A DNA stretch of 64,000 bases from Waddliaceae bacterium (GTDB lineage: Bacteria; Chlamydiota; Chlamydiia; Chlamydiales; Waddliaceae): assembly GCA_963724325.1 (NCBI GenBank), contig CAVRUH010000005.1, positions 64,001-128,000 of the forward strand. The letters run 5' to 3'. Below the pieces are notes generated by a model. That model was given only the letters and a program-made list of their open reading frames with translations, searched no databases and was not told where the DNA came from. Positions 20,348 through 30,909 of the stretch are shown here, piece after piece (the first letter of the stretch is position 1; each line of letters starts with the position of its first letter). The translations under genes and the position numbers were made by a program.

Positions 20348-21226
20348 ATGAGTCAAGTTTCAAGATGTCCGGTAATGCATTTTTATGGTAATGCTCAAGA
20401 ATTTGTTCATGAGAATATAATTAGCGAAAAAAATCGATATAATGTGACGACAGGTAGGGAATTGATTGTTAATGTAGTCAATACAATTAAAGATCTTGGC
20501 TTTTTTGTTTATTTTGTCGCTGTTGCAAAAAAAGTGAGCGAAGCTGTAATAGATTTTTTCGCAGCGTTTGTGAAAGTTTTTGAAAATATATCTTTTGAAG
20601 GAATTGTAGCTGCTATTTCAATACCAACAATTTTAAAAGATTTAATCGATAGAATTAAGGCATTTATTCAATCATGTAAAGATAATATCAGTAGTGTATA
20701 TGTTAAAGCGAGTCGCATTACTACTGCAGTACTCGATTTAGTGGGCAGTGGTGTAGATATAACTAAAGTTGTTGCTGCTTTTGTAATGAACTCTACTTTC
20801 AGTGTCGTAGCTGGTTTTATTTCAGGAATTGAAGTTATCATTCAGGGAAAAGAATTTTACAATGGTGTTACTTTCTACAAAATTGTTAGAAAAGAAGGAT
20901 TCGATCTTTCAAAAGTTGATGATTATGATTTTGACAAAAGGATGAATCCTTCACCTGGGTTTGACAAGACTAAAGCAGATCTTGCCAATGTTGCTGTAAA
21001 TAAAAAAAGGATAATTCAGAGAATCGTATCGCATGGTTTAAAAATATTGGCTGCTGTAGTGAATATTGTTGCAGCTGCGATATTCCTTACGTGTCCTTTA
21101 TTAGCACCCGTTACTGCAGGAATGGTAGCTTTTTCTACAATTATTACATTGTCTGAGTTCCTCCTTGACCGTATCGTCTGCTATCAATGGCAAAAAGCGA
21201 TCAGTGATAAAGTGTTAATCTCTTAA
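20348..21226 (+). CDS. Hypothetical membrane protein, Inc-like hydrophobic segments
   Basis: Long C-terminal bilobed hydrophobic stretch (ILAAVVNIVAAAIFLTCPLLAPVTAGMVAFSTIITL). Confidence 0.6.
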   Translation: MSQVSRCPVMHFYGNAQEFVHENIISEKNRYNVTTGRELIVNVVNTIKDLGFFVYFVAVAKKVSEAVIDFFAAFVKVFENISFEGIVAAISIPTILKDLIDRIKAFIQSCKDNISSVYVKASRITTAVLDLVGSGVDITKVVAAFVMNSTFSVVAGFISGIEVIIQGKEFYNGVTFYKIVRKEGFDLSKVDDYDFDKRMNPSPGFDKTKADLANVAVNKKRIIQRIVSHGLKILAAVVNIVAAAIFLTCPLLAPVTAGMVAFSTIITLSEFLLDRIVCYQWQKAISDKVLIS

Positions 21227-21259
21227 AAAACAGGATGTGCATTTTAGCAGAGCTCATTG

Positions 21260-21660
21260 ATATCTTGTTAATTCCTCAAAAAACAGGATATGCATGATCG
21301 CAAAGCGGCAGGATATGAATGATGGGAAAAATCAAATTTTTATTTTTTCCCATCATTCATATCCTGCCGCTCTGCGATCATGCACATCCTGTTTTCCTAG
21401 GTATTATTCAAGAACTCGATCCAATCTTCCGTGCAGGCAATGCATATCTTGTTAATTCCTCAAAAAACAGGATATGCATGATCGCAAAGCGGCAGGATAT
21501 GAATGATGGGAAAAATCAAATTTTTATTTTTTCCCATCATTCATATCCTGCCGCTCTGCGATCATGCACATCCTGTTTTCCTAGGTATTATTCAAGAACT
21601 CGATCCAATCTTCCGTGCAGGCAATGCATATAGGCAATGCATATAGGCAATGCATATCTT
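21260..21660. repeat. Two 184-bp direct repeats, each a long hairpin of REP-like motifs, then 3x AGGCAATGCATAT
   Basis: TATCTTGTTA at 21261 and 21445; each unit has ~52-bp inverted arms. Confidence 0.93.
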
Positions 21661-21713
21661 GTTTTTTTTTGTATTCTGTGGTACTATCTTGATCCAATTA
21701 GTAGGAGAATATT

Positions 21714-22559
21714 ATGGCAGTATTTATGTTTCCGGGGCAGGGATCACAGAAAGTGGGAATGGGAAAGGGACTATTTGAAGAATTTCCTAAGCTTACAGCA
21801 GCAGCTGATGCTCTATTAGGTTATTCCATAGAAGACCTGTGTTTAAATGATCCTGATGGGAAAATTGGGCAAACTCAATATACTCAACCCGCCCTATACG
21901 TTGTTAACTGTTTAACATACCAAAAGAAGCTTCAAGAAAGTGGAAAACCCAGCTACTTTGTCGGTCATAGCCTGGGTGAATACGCGGCACTTTATGCAGC
22001 AGGATCTTTTGATTTCGAAACAGGTCTGATGCTTGTAAAAAAACGGGGGGAAATCATGTCTCAAGCTTCCGGCGGCGGCATGGCGGCAATTATCGGATTA
22101 TTACCTACCCAAATTATCGAAATTCTGGAAGCAAACCAACTTGATGCAATCGACATGGCAAACTTTAATACGATGACACAAATTGTAATTTCAGGCAATA
22201 AAGATGATATTATTAGAGCAAAACCGATTTTTGAATCTGCTGGCTGTAGAATGTTTATACCGCTCAATGTAAGCGGTGCTTTCCACTCGAGATACATGAC
22301 CCCTGCAAGAAATGAGTTTAAGTCCTGCATCGACCAATTTATTCTAAAAACTCCTGAAGTCCCGATAATAGCTAATTTGACGGCAAAACCTTATATTGCT
22401 GGTGAAGAAAAGGATAATTTGATCGAACAGATCAATCACTCGGTCAAATGGACCGAATCTATACAATACCTCCTTGAAAAAGGAGAGCAAGAATTCATAG
22501 AAATAGGACCAGGTAATGTTCTTGCCGGTACGGTGGCAAAAATAAAGAGAGGACAGTAA
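21714..22559 (+). CDS. fabD: Malonyl-CoA:ACP transacylase (trans-AT/PksC-like)
   Basis: FPGQGSQ, TQPAL, GHSLGEY, SGAFHS, EIGPG. Confidence 0.9.
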   Translation: MAVFMFPGQGSQKVGMGKGLFEEFPKLTAAADALLGYSIEDLCLNDPDGKIGQTQYTQPALYVVNCLTYQKKLQESGKPSYFVGHSLGEYAALYAAGSFDFETGLMLVKKRGEIMSQASGGGMAAIIGLLPTQIIEILEANQLDAIDMANFNTMTQIVISGNKDDIIRAKPIFESAGCRMFIPLNVSGAFHSRYMTPARNEFKSCIDQFILKTPEVPIIANLTAKPYIAGEEKDNLIEQINHSVKWTESIQYLLEKGEQEFIEIGPGNVLAGTVAKIKRGQ

Positions 22560-22641
22560 TGCTCCTATTATTAGATAGACAATAAATTATTTTAATAACT
22601 ATAATGAGGTTGAGAATAAGTGATGTAAAAATAGGGAAAAT

Positions 22642-23427
22642 ATGAAACTTGTATTTTTAGGAAGTGGTTCTGCTTTTACTGTTGGAGGAAATTATCAATC
22701 CAATATGTATGTCGAAAGCGACTCCAAAAAGAAGTTCCTAATAGATTGTGGGTCCGATGTCAGGCATGCACTGTTCGAGCTAGGATTGGACCATAATGAC
22801 ATTGATGCTCTTTATATAAGTCATTTACATGCCGATCACGTTGGTGGTTTAGAATGGCTGGCATTTAAAACCTACTTCAATGGAGTTAATGCAAGGAAGA
22901 TTGATTTATTTATTGCAGAATCCCTCGTTGAAGCCTTATGGAGTGTCCTATCAGGGGGGCTTCGTTCTATAAAGAGTTTTGAAGCAAATCTTTCCACCTA
23001 TTTTAATGTGCATTCAGTTCCCGATAATGGCTCCTTTACTTGGGAAAACACAGTATTCCAATTATTTCAAACTGACCACATATGTTCGAATTTTCAGTTA
23101 ATGGCTTCTTTTGGGCTAATGACAGAAATGGATGGTGTAAAGGTGCTTATCACTACGGATACCAAGATACCACCTGAAGAAGAACACATATTATTCAGCC
23201 ATTATAAGGACGCAGATGTCATTTTTCATGATTGTGAAACAAGTCCTTTTAAAAGCACCGTTCATTCTCACTATACAGAATTGGTCGACTTTCCACCTGA
23301 ATTAAAGAAAAAGATTTGGTTATATCATTATCAACCAGGCGAACTTCCTGATGCTATTAAGGATGGCTTCAAAGGTTTCGTGAAAAAGGGGCAATCTTTT
23401 GACTTTAAGGACATAAAGACCTATTAG
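22642..23427 (+). CDS. MBL-fold metallo-hydrolase (RNase Z/phosphodiesterase-like)
   Basis: FLGSGSAF, LIDCG, SHLHADHVGG, VHSHY. Confidence 0.9.
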   Translation: MKLVFLGSGSAFTVGGNYQSNMYVESDSKKKFLIDCGSDVRHALFELGLDHNDIDALYISHLHADHVGGLEWLAFKTYFNGVNARKIDLFIAESLVEALWSVLSGGLRSIKSFEANLSTYFNVHSVPDNGSFTWENTVFQLFQTDHICSNFQLMASFGLMTEMDGVKVLITTDTKIPPEEEHILFSHYKDADVIFHDCETSPFKSTVHSHYTELVDFPPELKKKIWLYHYQPGELPDAIKDGFKGFVKKGQSFDFKDIKTY

Positions 23428-23532
23428 CATACCGAATTTCTTTACTTTTTTGGACCTAATTTTATATAATCTTAACATTCATCGGGCATAATGAGCCTTA
23501 GTAAAAGATAAAATTTAATATAGCAGGCAACT

Positions 23533-25587
23533 ATGAATGTTCATAATGATCCATCAGTCTCGCAAAGTAGCGCACAGAATGTCACACCCGTTCTTAAACC
23601 AGGGTTTGGAGACAGGCTACTAGGGGTAGTGTCCCGAATTTTTGTTCCTGATAGTGCACTTAATACTCCAGCAATAAGTGGCCATGTCACACAAATAAAA
23701 GGTAATTGGCATGATTTTTTCCAAAAAATCGAGGAACCTCTTTTAAAAAAAATTCTTAAATTAAAGTCCCTGCCAGATTCCTTAAAAAGTATTATCATTG
23801 CTCGTCAAGATAAATTCAAAAATATTTTTGTTAATATGGCAGAAATAATATTTCGTAATATTGCTATGATGGATTGCGAAGGTGAACAATTTGTTCTTGA
23901 AGAAACATATGGAGTAAAATTTGCTACGAACTTATTGATGATTTTTAAAAAACATCTAAAGGATCCAGATCCAGAACTTAGAAAAGAACAATTTAAAAAT
24001 ATTGCGAATGAAATATTATCCATCGCATTTCCTCTTAAAGAAAATGATCCCCAAATTCCTAAATTATTGAGAAAAATATTACAGAAACAGCCACCTGCAT
24101 GGCTTGGCTTAATTGGTTGGAAAACTGGAATCGACTTTGGCAAATACGATTGGCAATTTCTTGTGGATGCTTTTGCCGATCAAGCAATGGAATTTCACGA
24201 TAAGTTCAATGCATTTTCAGAGGTGACTGAAGAAGATGTAAAGAAGTTTTCAGGTGTTGCTGACGTTTCTAATAAATTGACTGAATTAGTAATGAAAGAA
24301 ATTAAAACAGTTGGTGATGTGCCAATAAATATTAAATTTTTGGGTGACGAAAATGATTTAATATCCCGTTCTCTAAAAAAGTTGTTCGGAAAAATTTCTG
24401 ATGAGCCTGTCGTTGCGGGTATGGAATTGGTTGATGAATCGGATGAAGTGGTAATCAATGAAACGTTGCAATGGTTTGAGCGAACTTTCAATAATGCAAT
24501 TTCTAATTTATTAATCAAAGTGCTTGGTGGCGAGGGAATAGAGAATCAAGATGACCTAAATGAACGCCTTCATGAACTAGTGGATGCAAAACTCGATTTT
24601 GCAAAAGATCAAATTCCTTTGTGGGATATCGAAAATGAAATCATAGATGCATGTGATCATTCACAATTAGTTCATAAATTAGGAGATATTCATGGTTCTG
24701 AATTTGAAGAAAAGGCAAAAAAATTATTAGGTAAAATACAAGAGCCGCATTGGGAAAAAAAAGCACGGGAATTTTTGAAAAAGGTTAGTTATCATGAACG
24801 GGCTGCAGAATTTTTGGAAGACGAATTAATCAATATCAATGTTAGTGATTATATTCCAGAATTTATTCCCAAAGAATATGTGATGAATCAGATTTATGGC
24901 ATAGTGGGAAATTATTTGTATGAGTTTCACTCTCACTATAGTTTTATTAAGACTGAAAGTGCCCGATGCGATCATGTTCTTGCACAAATGCAAATTTCTG
25001 GCTTAAAAGAGGTTCTCGATACCGTTTTGGATAAGGTGACTAAGTTCGTCGAAGAGCAAGCAAAAAAACGGGAAATCGTCGGTGTGAAGAAAATAGTAAA
25101 GGCTGCTCCCGAACCTGTATCTTTGAACGACAAAGGTAAAGAAGAGGCTTATCTCTCCGATGAAGAAGGGGTCTTGGCCGAATCTGTCCCGGTTGTTGAG
25201 CGTAAATATGAATTTCTCAATGAAATACTTTGCCACTTACTTGAAAAGAGTGATGAGGACCTGGATAATAGAGCCTATTTTAAGGAAAAAATCATTTTTC
25301 TTATTAAAGATGTTATTAAAATCGTATTCGTTCAACGAATTGAAGAAGAAATAAGGACAGCAGGCTTACCCCTTACCCCTCAAGAAGCATTCAAAAAAAT
25401 TATTGAGAAAGCAAAGCTGGATGCGGATGCCTTAAAAGATCTCACTATTGTAGATGTGCGCACAAGAAAAATTAATGAATACTTGGCGCTTGAAGTTGAT
25501 TGGAAAAACGAAAATGACGAGTCAAGGAAGGCAACCCTTGAAGTTGAATTAGTAGAAAAAAATAAAGAACTCCTTTTTGTTGCATGA
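23533..25587 (+). CDS. Large helical hypothetical protein, N-terminal part
   Basis: 684-aa ORF; overlaps the next ORF at a T5 run. Confidence 0.7.
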   Translation: MNVHNDPSVSQSSAQNVTPVLKPGFGDRLLGVVSRIFVPDSALNTPAISGHVTQIKGNWHDFFQKIEEPLLKKILKLKSLPDSLKSIIIARQDKFKNIFVNMAEIIFRNIAMMDCEGEQFVLEETYGVKFATNLLMIFKKHLKDPDPELRKEQFKNIANEILSIAFPLKENDPQIPKLLRKILQKQPPAWLGLIGWKTGIDFGKYDWQFLVDAFADQAMEFHDKFNAFSEVTEEDVKKFSGVADVSNKLTELVMKEIKTVGDVPINIKFLGDENDLISRSLKKLFGKISDEPVVAGMELVDESDEVVINETLQWFERTFNNAISNLLIKVLGGEGIENQDDLNERLHELVDAKLDFAKDQIPLWDIENEIIDACDHSQLVHKLGDIHGSEFEEKAKKLLGKIQEPHWEKKAREFLKKVSYHERAAEFLEDELININVSDYIPEFIPKEYVMNQIYGIVGNYLYEFHSHYSFIKTESARCDHVLAQMQISGLKEVLDTVLDKVTKFVEEQAKKREIVGVKKIVKAAPEPVSLNDKGKEEAYLSDEEGVLAESVPVVERKYEFLNEILCHLLEKSDEDLDNRAYFKEKIIFLIKDVIKIVFVQRIEEEIRTAGLPLTPQEAFKKIIEKAKLDADALKDLTIVDVRTRKINEYLALEVDWKNENDESRKATLEVELVEKNKELLFVA

Positions 25588-28501
25588 ATACAATAATTAC
25601 GAAGGAAGCCTATCTAAATTACTTGATTCAAAAAAGCAGCAGTTGCTTTTGGCAGATTCTCAATTAAAGAAAGCACTTCAAACTGAAATACAATTTCTTG
25701 AAAAAATCTTTAAAGGGGAAACAAGAGCAATTCTTAGCGACATTTTTCCGGAAAATCTGTTTGATCCATTGCTTCTCCCCACGATGCGTGGAAAGAAGAT
25801 TTGGGAAAAGGTTAGCGATGAACTTCTTTTTCCATACGTCAGGGATTTTATTAGTGTAGCAAACAATCAAATTGAACTTAAAGTTAACGAGGCCAAATCC
25901 CTTATTAATGATTATTTCCCTTTGCTTAGAAATATATTTTTGAAGCTCAGAAGTGGAAATGCGGAGTTGGATCCATTTTTAGAGACTGTTTTAGAAGAAA
26001 ATGGCCAGGTCTCAAACTTTTTAGATAGCACCGTATGCTCAATTCTTGAATCAATACTTGCCCATCATATTAATGACGAAAATCCAGACATTTCCACACA
26101 AAAAACCATTGAATTTGTGTCCGGTATTTTGGCTAGAGTTCTTCCGATATTAAGATCCATTGAGCCTGAGAAAGCTAAGTTGGATATTAATGCACTTTTA
26201 GATTTTGTTATTCCTATAGATTTATGGAATCGACTTGTCCCTGAAAGTATTAGAGATCAACTGTCTAGGGAATTCGTAGTCGAAAAGGTTACAGGATTGC
26301 TGCTTGATTTTCAGGTTCACTTTAACCGGTTGGATATTTTAGCTGAAGGTATCAAACAAGACATCACCTCTGATGATGAAACAAAATATTTTAAAGAATT
26401 TCTCGATAATGCTGTCGGAAAATTATTGAAAAAGCCCTTGGAAGCAAATGCTCTTGATACTGAAGATATGCTTGTTGAAGAAGAACCCGAGAAAGTCAGT
26501 TTTCTTCAAGCAGTAATTGATGGTGTTTTTGAATTAAATAGCAAAATGGAAGGAAATCCCATTCAAACGATCATTGAAACCATCGGATATGGAATCGGTG
26601 CATACTACTTGACCCAAGCAAAAAAAGGCGATGGTAGTGTTGCCAATAGTCTAGTCGAAAGATTTGAAACAATTGTAGATGTTATTCAGTCTCCTTTTGA
26701 CAAACTAGATTCAATTGAAGATGAAAAACAACGCGAGGAAGTTTTCTCGCTAATATCCGATTTTGTAGCTAGAACACTTCTTAGGGATAGTATGGGGGAG
26801 AGTCTTGTTCCCTTAGTTGCTAGCTTTATTAAACCATATCTAAAAAGTACTCATTCCCTCCGCGAAAAGCTTAATTTGAAATCGCAAGCAATTCAGGACC
26901 AGATGGACCAGAACGCTCCTCAGCTAAAGACATTCCTCATAGATAAAATCATTACACCCATTCAAGAAGAACTGGCTACATTAAATATCCTAAATACGGA
27001 AAAATTTAGTACAGAATTAGTGGGCAAGATACTTTCTAGCAATACTCCAAATCTTGTATCTTTACGCAATGGAACCGTTACAGCAGCCGTTTTTGTCATA
27101 TTCGACAGCCTTGGCGATCCCGACGCAATTTGTGAAAAGGTTAACGACATTATTGAAAATTATAATGATCAAACTATGAGCGACAAAGACTTAGCAAAGG
27201 TAATCGTTGATATACTCGTTTCCGATGAACTTTGGAATGATCTGTTGGTCGATGATAAAATGCGTCGACTGATAAAAAAAGAATTAATTGCTAATTTCAT
27301 AATACCTTATATCACAGATTTACGGGCTACAACCGCGGATATAGGCAACGCAAAAGTATTAGCTGAGGCATTTTTAAGTGATCCAAAGTTTAAATTTATC
27401 AAAGAAAAGCTGGTTGACCCGGCCATAGAAAGTCTAGAGGAGACTTTAAAACAAGGGCAATTTGCTACTTTACCTCCCTTCATTAAGGCATTAATTAATA
27501 CTTTAGGCAGTGATGTGCAAAGTGGGCCAGTCATAATCGACGGTGTAAGATCCATCGTATATATAGCTTTACATAATCTTTTAAAGGGACCCGATTGGAA
27601 AAAAAATGTACAGGATTTATTCGCAAATATCATGCTGGCTTCGAATCCACCTTCAGGCGCCCCTGGACCCGCTCAAGAAGCAACTGTGGCATGGCTCGAA
27701 CATTTGTTACCTCAAGAGACTTTGGATGCCATTCTACCCAAGTTCCTCCATCCAGTATTAACGCATCGAAATATTTCTAAATGGTTCTTGAAGGAAAATG
27801 TGCTAGGTAATGAGGTCACCATACCTGAACTTCCTAGACTGGACCTGATTGGTAAAGTGCTGAATCCTGATTATTTATCATTTGCCATAAAGACAACACT
27901 GTCTGGGCCTGATATCCCAATTCCAGCAGGAGATTTTGCACAGAATGCAGTAGATAAAATATTAGCTGATTTTTTTCATGGTCCTGTTACCTTTAATATT
28001 GATAAATTGAAGGATCAAATTAATAAGGTGGTAGACCATACTCAAAGAGTACAATTTCTTACCGAGGCCATGGGTGGAAAACATGATCCGTTGCGTCCAG
28101 AGGTGGGATTTAAAAAGGCTCTAATTTCTCAGGCGATAAAGAAAGTTATTAGTGATATAGATGAAAAGAATTGGTGGGCTCCGCTTAAGTGGCTTGTTAA
28201 GATTTTTGCACGGGTATTCACTTGGTTGTATATGCAGCTTTCAGGAAATAAACGGGCTTATCATTTAGCCTCAAGTCCGGCTTGGGATCCAGTAATAAAA
28301 CAATTGTTTTGGAACTTTTTACATACTCCTGGTATGCCAATTCAGCCTACTACAATTGTAGATCTTCAGGAGGCCATTAGGGCCAAAGCAACTGAGAAAG
28401 TGGGTGAACAAAAATTGCTGTCGCCATTGATAAGCAAAAGAGTCGCCTCATCCTTTGCTGAGAAAGTTTTCAGCAAGAGCATTCTCGATTTCCTAAGTTA
28501 A
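25577..28501 (+). CDS. Large helical hypothetical protein, C-terminal part (probably the same gene as 23533-25587)
   Basis: 974-aa ORF with TTG start inside the T5 run and no clear RBS. Confidence 0.7.
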   Translation: MLHEYNNYEGSLSKLLDSKKQQLLLADSQLKKALQTEIQFLEKIFKGETRAILSDIFPENLFDPLLLPTMRGKKIWEKVSDELLFPYVRDFISVANNQIELKVNEAKSLINDYFPLLRNIFLKLRSGNAELDPFLETVLEENGQVSNFLDSTVCSILESILAHHINDENPDISTQKTIEFVSGILARVLPILRSIEPEKAKLDINALLDFVIPIDLWNRLVPESIRDQLSREFVVEKVTGLLLDFQVHFNRLDILAEGIKQDITSDDETKYFKEFLDNAVGKLLKKPLEANALDTEDMLVEEEPEKVSFLQAVIDGVFELNSKMEGNPIQTIIETIGYGIGAYYLTQAKKGDGSVANSLVERFETIVDVIQSPFDKLDSIEDEKQREEVFSLISDFVARTLLRDSMGESLVPLVASFIKPYLKSTHSLREKLNLKSQAIQDQMDQNAPQLKTFLIDKIITPIQEELATLNILNTEKFSTELVGKILSSNTPNLVSLRNGTVTAAVFVIFDSLGDPDAICEKVNDIIENYNDQTMSDKDLAKVIVDILVSDELWNDLLVDDKMRRLIKKELIANFIIPYITDLRATTADIGNAKVLAEAFLSDPKFKFIKEKLVDPAIESLEETLKQGQFATLPPFIKALINTLGSDVQSGPVIIDGVRSIVYIALHNLLKGPDWKKNVQDLFANIMLASNPPSGAPGPAQEATVAWLEHLLPQETLDAILPKFLHPVLTHRNISKWFLKENVLGNEVTIPELPRLDLIGKVLNPDYLSFAIKTTLSGPDIPIPAGDFAQNAVDKILADFFHGPVTFNIDKLKDQINKVVDHTQRVQFLTEAMGGKHDPLRPEVGFKKALISQAIKKVISDIDEKNWWAPLKWLVKIFARVFTWLYMQLSGNKRAYHLASSPAWDPVIKQLFWNFLHTPGMPIQPTTIVDLQEAIRAKATEKVGEQKLLSPLISKRVASSFAEKVFSKSILDFLS

Positions 28502-28529
28502 ATACGAACAGATGATTATTTTCTGGTAT

Positions 28530-29051
28530 TTATAGAGGTGGTTGCAATTGGTATGGCCCAAATGTCATTCCCCCGCCGAAATATCCTGTGATATTTATCA
28601 TCAAAAATATGAGACTGAGGCTAGAGTAATAAAGCCGATTGACGCCGAATCGTTCTCTAATTATTGTCACAAAAATAGTGGAAATTGCTGTTGCCAATCC
28701 AAACCACATATGCCACCAAAGGTATGTCTCCATTAATCCGCTATATGAAGCTGAATAACTGTAAATGAATCCAAGTAAAGCAGTGGGAGGTGAGACTATC
28801 GCTGACGCTATTAACATAAAGCGAGATGAAAATTCAAATATTGGTTTTTTATGCCTTGCAAATAGAATCTCAGAAATCGCGACCATATTTATCAATGCTA
28901 TGGGAAAATGCAAAAAAATCAAATGAAAGCTTCCAACCCATTGGGTCCATGATTTAGGATGTCCACTTTCGTCTGGCTGTTCCGCATGCTCTTCATGTGC
29001 AAAAACAAATAAGCTTAATGCTATACAACATATGAAAAATAATAGTTTCAT
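28530..29051 (-). CDS. DUF2231-like membrane protein
   Basis: GSFHLIFLHFPIAL, HMWFG, ITGYFGGGMTFG. Confidence 0.75.
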   Translation of the reverse strand: MKLLFFICCIALSLFVFAHEEHAEQPDESGHPKSWTQWVGSFHLIFLHFPIALINMVAISEILFARHKKPIFEFSSRFMLIASAIVSPPTALLGFIYSYSASYSGLMETYLWWHMWFGLATAISTIFVTIIRERFGVNRLYYSSLSLIFLMINITGYFGGGMTFGPYQLQPPL

Positions 29052-29059
29052 CTTATTTC

Positions 29060-29821
29060 TTAAGGATCCCTTATTTCAAATCGATAGGTACCTGTTGAGG
29101 TACTGTTCTCGCCGTCAATGACGATGCGGGCTTTATAGCTTCCTGGTTCTAGCGAAGCGATATCAAAGCGGTAACGGTTTGAACATCCAGGCAATAATCT
29201 CTCTTTAGGTCCTTTGTAAGGCCCAATTTTTAACCCTGCACTATCTTGAATTTCTACGTAAATTTCTGGTCGAGCGACCACCGTTCCAGAATTTTCGGCA
29301 TCGACTTCAAGGTGATTTTCATTGAATTCACATTTTGCCACTTTAAACTCAGAAGGCTTCTCATCTCCAACATGTGTAATGATCTGCACCCCATATCGAA
29401 CTACTGTATTGACGACACCATGTACGTTTGCACTTCCTGTGGGTTCAATAAGAAGAAGGCTCCAATAGGTTCCAGAAAGATTTTTGTCCGATGGCACCTG
29501 GATTGAATACTGGAAATCATAGGTTTTCTTAGGTGGAATCGAAATTAAGAAAGGTGAGTTAAAAGTTATCCAGCTGGAATTTGAGCGTGGATTTGTCCCT
29601 GGAGGATTGAAAAAATTTTCTCCCGCTGCATTATGCAAATAGTCTGCAAGTTCGATTTTTACCAGAGCTTCCTCCTCTCCGGTATTCATGAGAGGGATGT
29701 TACCCTGTATTTGCTGGCCTGCAGATAATGTTTTTTCCTCTGTCAGCCCTCCCGTAAGGACGACATCAGAATAACAATGCACACAGTATGAAAATAAAAT
29801 CACTTGAAAAATGAAATACAT
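29060..29821 (-). CDS. Exported PapD/fimbrial-chaperone-like Ig-fold protein
   Basis: Signal peptide; NTG, SWI.F, GTYWSLLLIE, ENSG, LLPG pattern. Confidence 0.6.
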   Translation of the reverse strand: MYFIFQVILFSYCVHCYSDVVLTGGLTEEKTLSAGQQIQGNIPLMNTGEEEALVKIELADYLHNAAGENFFNPPGTNPRSNSSWITFNSPFLISIPPKKTYDFQYSIQVPSDKNLSGTYWSLLLIEPTGSANVHGVVNTVVRYGVQIITHVGDEKPSEFKVAKCEFNENHLEVDAENSGTVVARPEIYVEIQDSAGLKIGPYKGPKERLLPGCSNRYRFDIASLEPGSYKARIVIDGENSTSTGTYRFEIRDP

Positions 29822-29919
29822 AGGAATCCCTTTTCCTAATGAAAATGCCTGAAACGTACAAATTCTTTCAAGTGCAATTTTTTGTAGGTGTTTATGAATA
29901 TTTTTGCTATTTTCTAGCC

Positions 29920-30909
29920 ATGGAAAATAAGAAAATTGGATATATCATTGCCAACTTCGGCGGCCCCAGAACGATAGATGAAGTAGAACCATTTCTTCGA
30001 GCATTGCTTACAGACAAAGATGTCATTCGAACAAAATTGCCAATGCCCTTAAGTTATTTGCTGTTTGCTTACATTGCAAAGCGCAGAGCTAAAAAAGTAA
30101 CCGAAGATTATCAAACCATTGGGGGAGGATCCCCGATTTATAAAGACACTGAAGATGTTGCTGAAATTCTAAGAACCCATTTGCCAGGTCCTGTAATCAC
30201 CTTTCATCGTTATCTGCATGAAACACATGCAGAGTTCATCAATACCATTCAAAATACCCTCTGCGACCGATTTATTGTCTTTCCTATGTTTCCTCAATTC
30301 ACCTATGCGACAACTGGAAGCATTGCTAAATGGTTTGAAAAAAAACTTCCCGAATCCATCAGCCAAAAGATGCGCTGGATTAAATCCTATCCAAATCATC
30401 CAGCGTTTATCGAAGCACACGTTCAAGTCATCCGCCACTATTTGAAAGCAAACCAACTGGATGACCAAGAGACCATTTTGCTATTTTCTGCCCACGGAAT
30501 TCCAAAACAATTTATCACTACCGGCGACGTATACCAGGACGAGTGTGAGTCTTCATTTCATGCAATAATGAGAAATTTTCCCAATATTTTGGGTCGTCTT
30601 GCCTATCAGTCTCGCTTCGGAAGGGCTGAATGGATCCAACCCTATACAATCGATGTTTGCAAAGGAATTCTTTCCTGGTGCCAAGGAAGGAAGAACGTAG
30701 CTATTATTCCGATCAGTTTTACCTCAGACCATATCGAAACCCTGCACGAAATTGAATCGGAATATATGCCCGTGATCAGAGATCGTGGACTCAATGTTTA
30801 CAGAATTCCTGCACTTACCCTAGATCCATCATGGATTAATGCCATCATTGCCATCATCAACGAACAAAGAACATGCAATAATCAAATGCTGATCTATCGA
30901 TCCCAGTAG
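29920..30909 (+). CDS. hemH: Ferrochelatase
   Basis: NFGGP, IGGGSP, PMFPQF, LFSAHGIP, YQSRFG..W, FTSDHIETLHEI. Confidence 0.95.
   Translation: MENKKIGYIIANFGGPRTIDEVEPFLRALLTDKDVIRTKLPMPLSYLLFAYIAKRRAKKVTEDYQTIGGGSPIYKDTEDVAEILRTHLPGPVITFHRYLHETHAEFINTIQNTLCDRFIVFPMFPQFTYATTGSIAKWFEKKLPESISQKMRWIKSYPNHPAFIEAHVQVIRHYLKANQLDDQETILLFSAHGIPKQFITTGDVYQDECESSFHAIMRNFPNILGRLAYQSRFGRAEWIQPYTIDVCKGILSWCQGRKNVAIIPISFTSDHIETLHEIESEYMPVIRDRGLNVYRIPALTLDPSWINAIIAIINEQRTCNNQMLIYRSQ

Noticed and set aside
21319..21633. 104-aa ORF inside the 21.3-kb repeat
   Set aside because: It lies entirely within palindromic repeats and has no protein-like features
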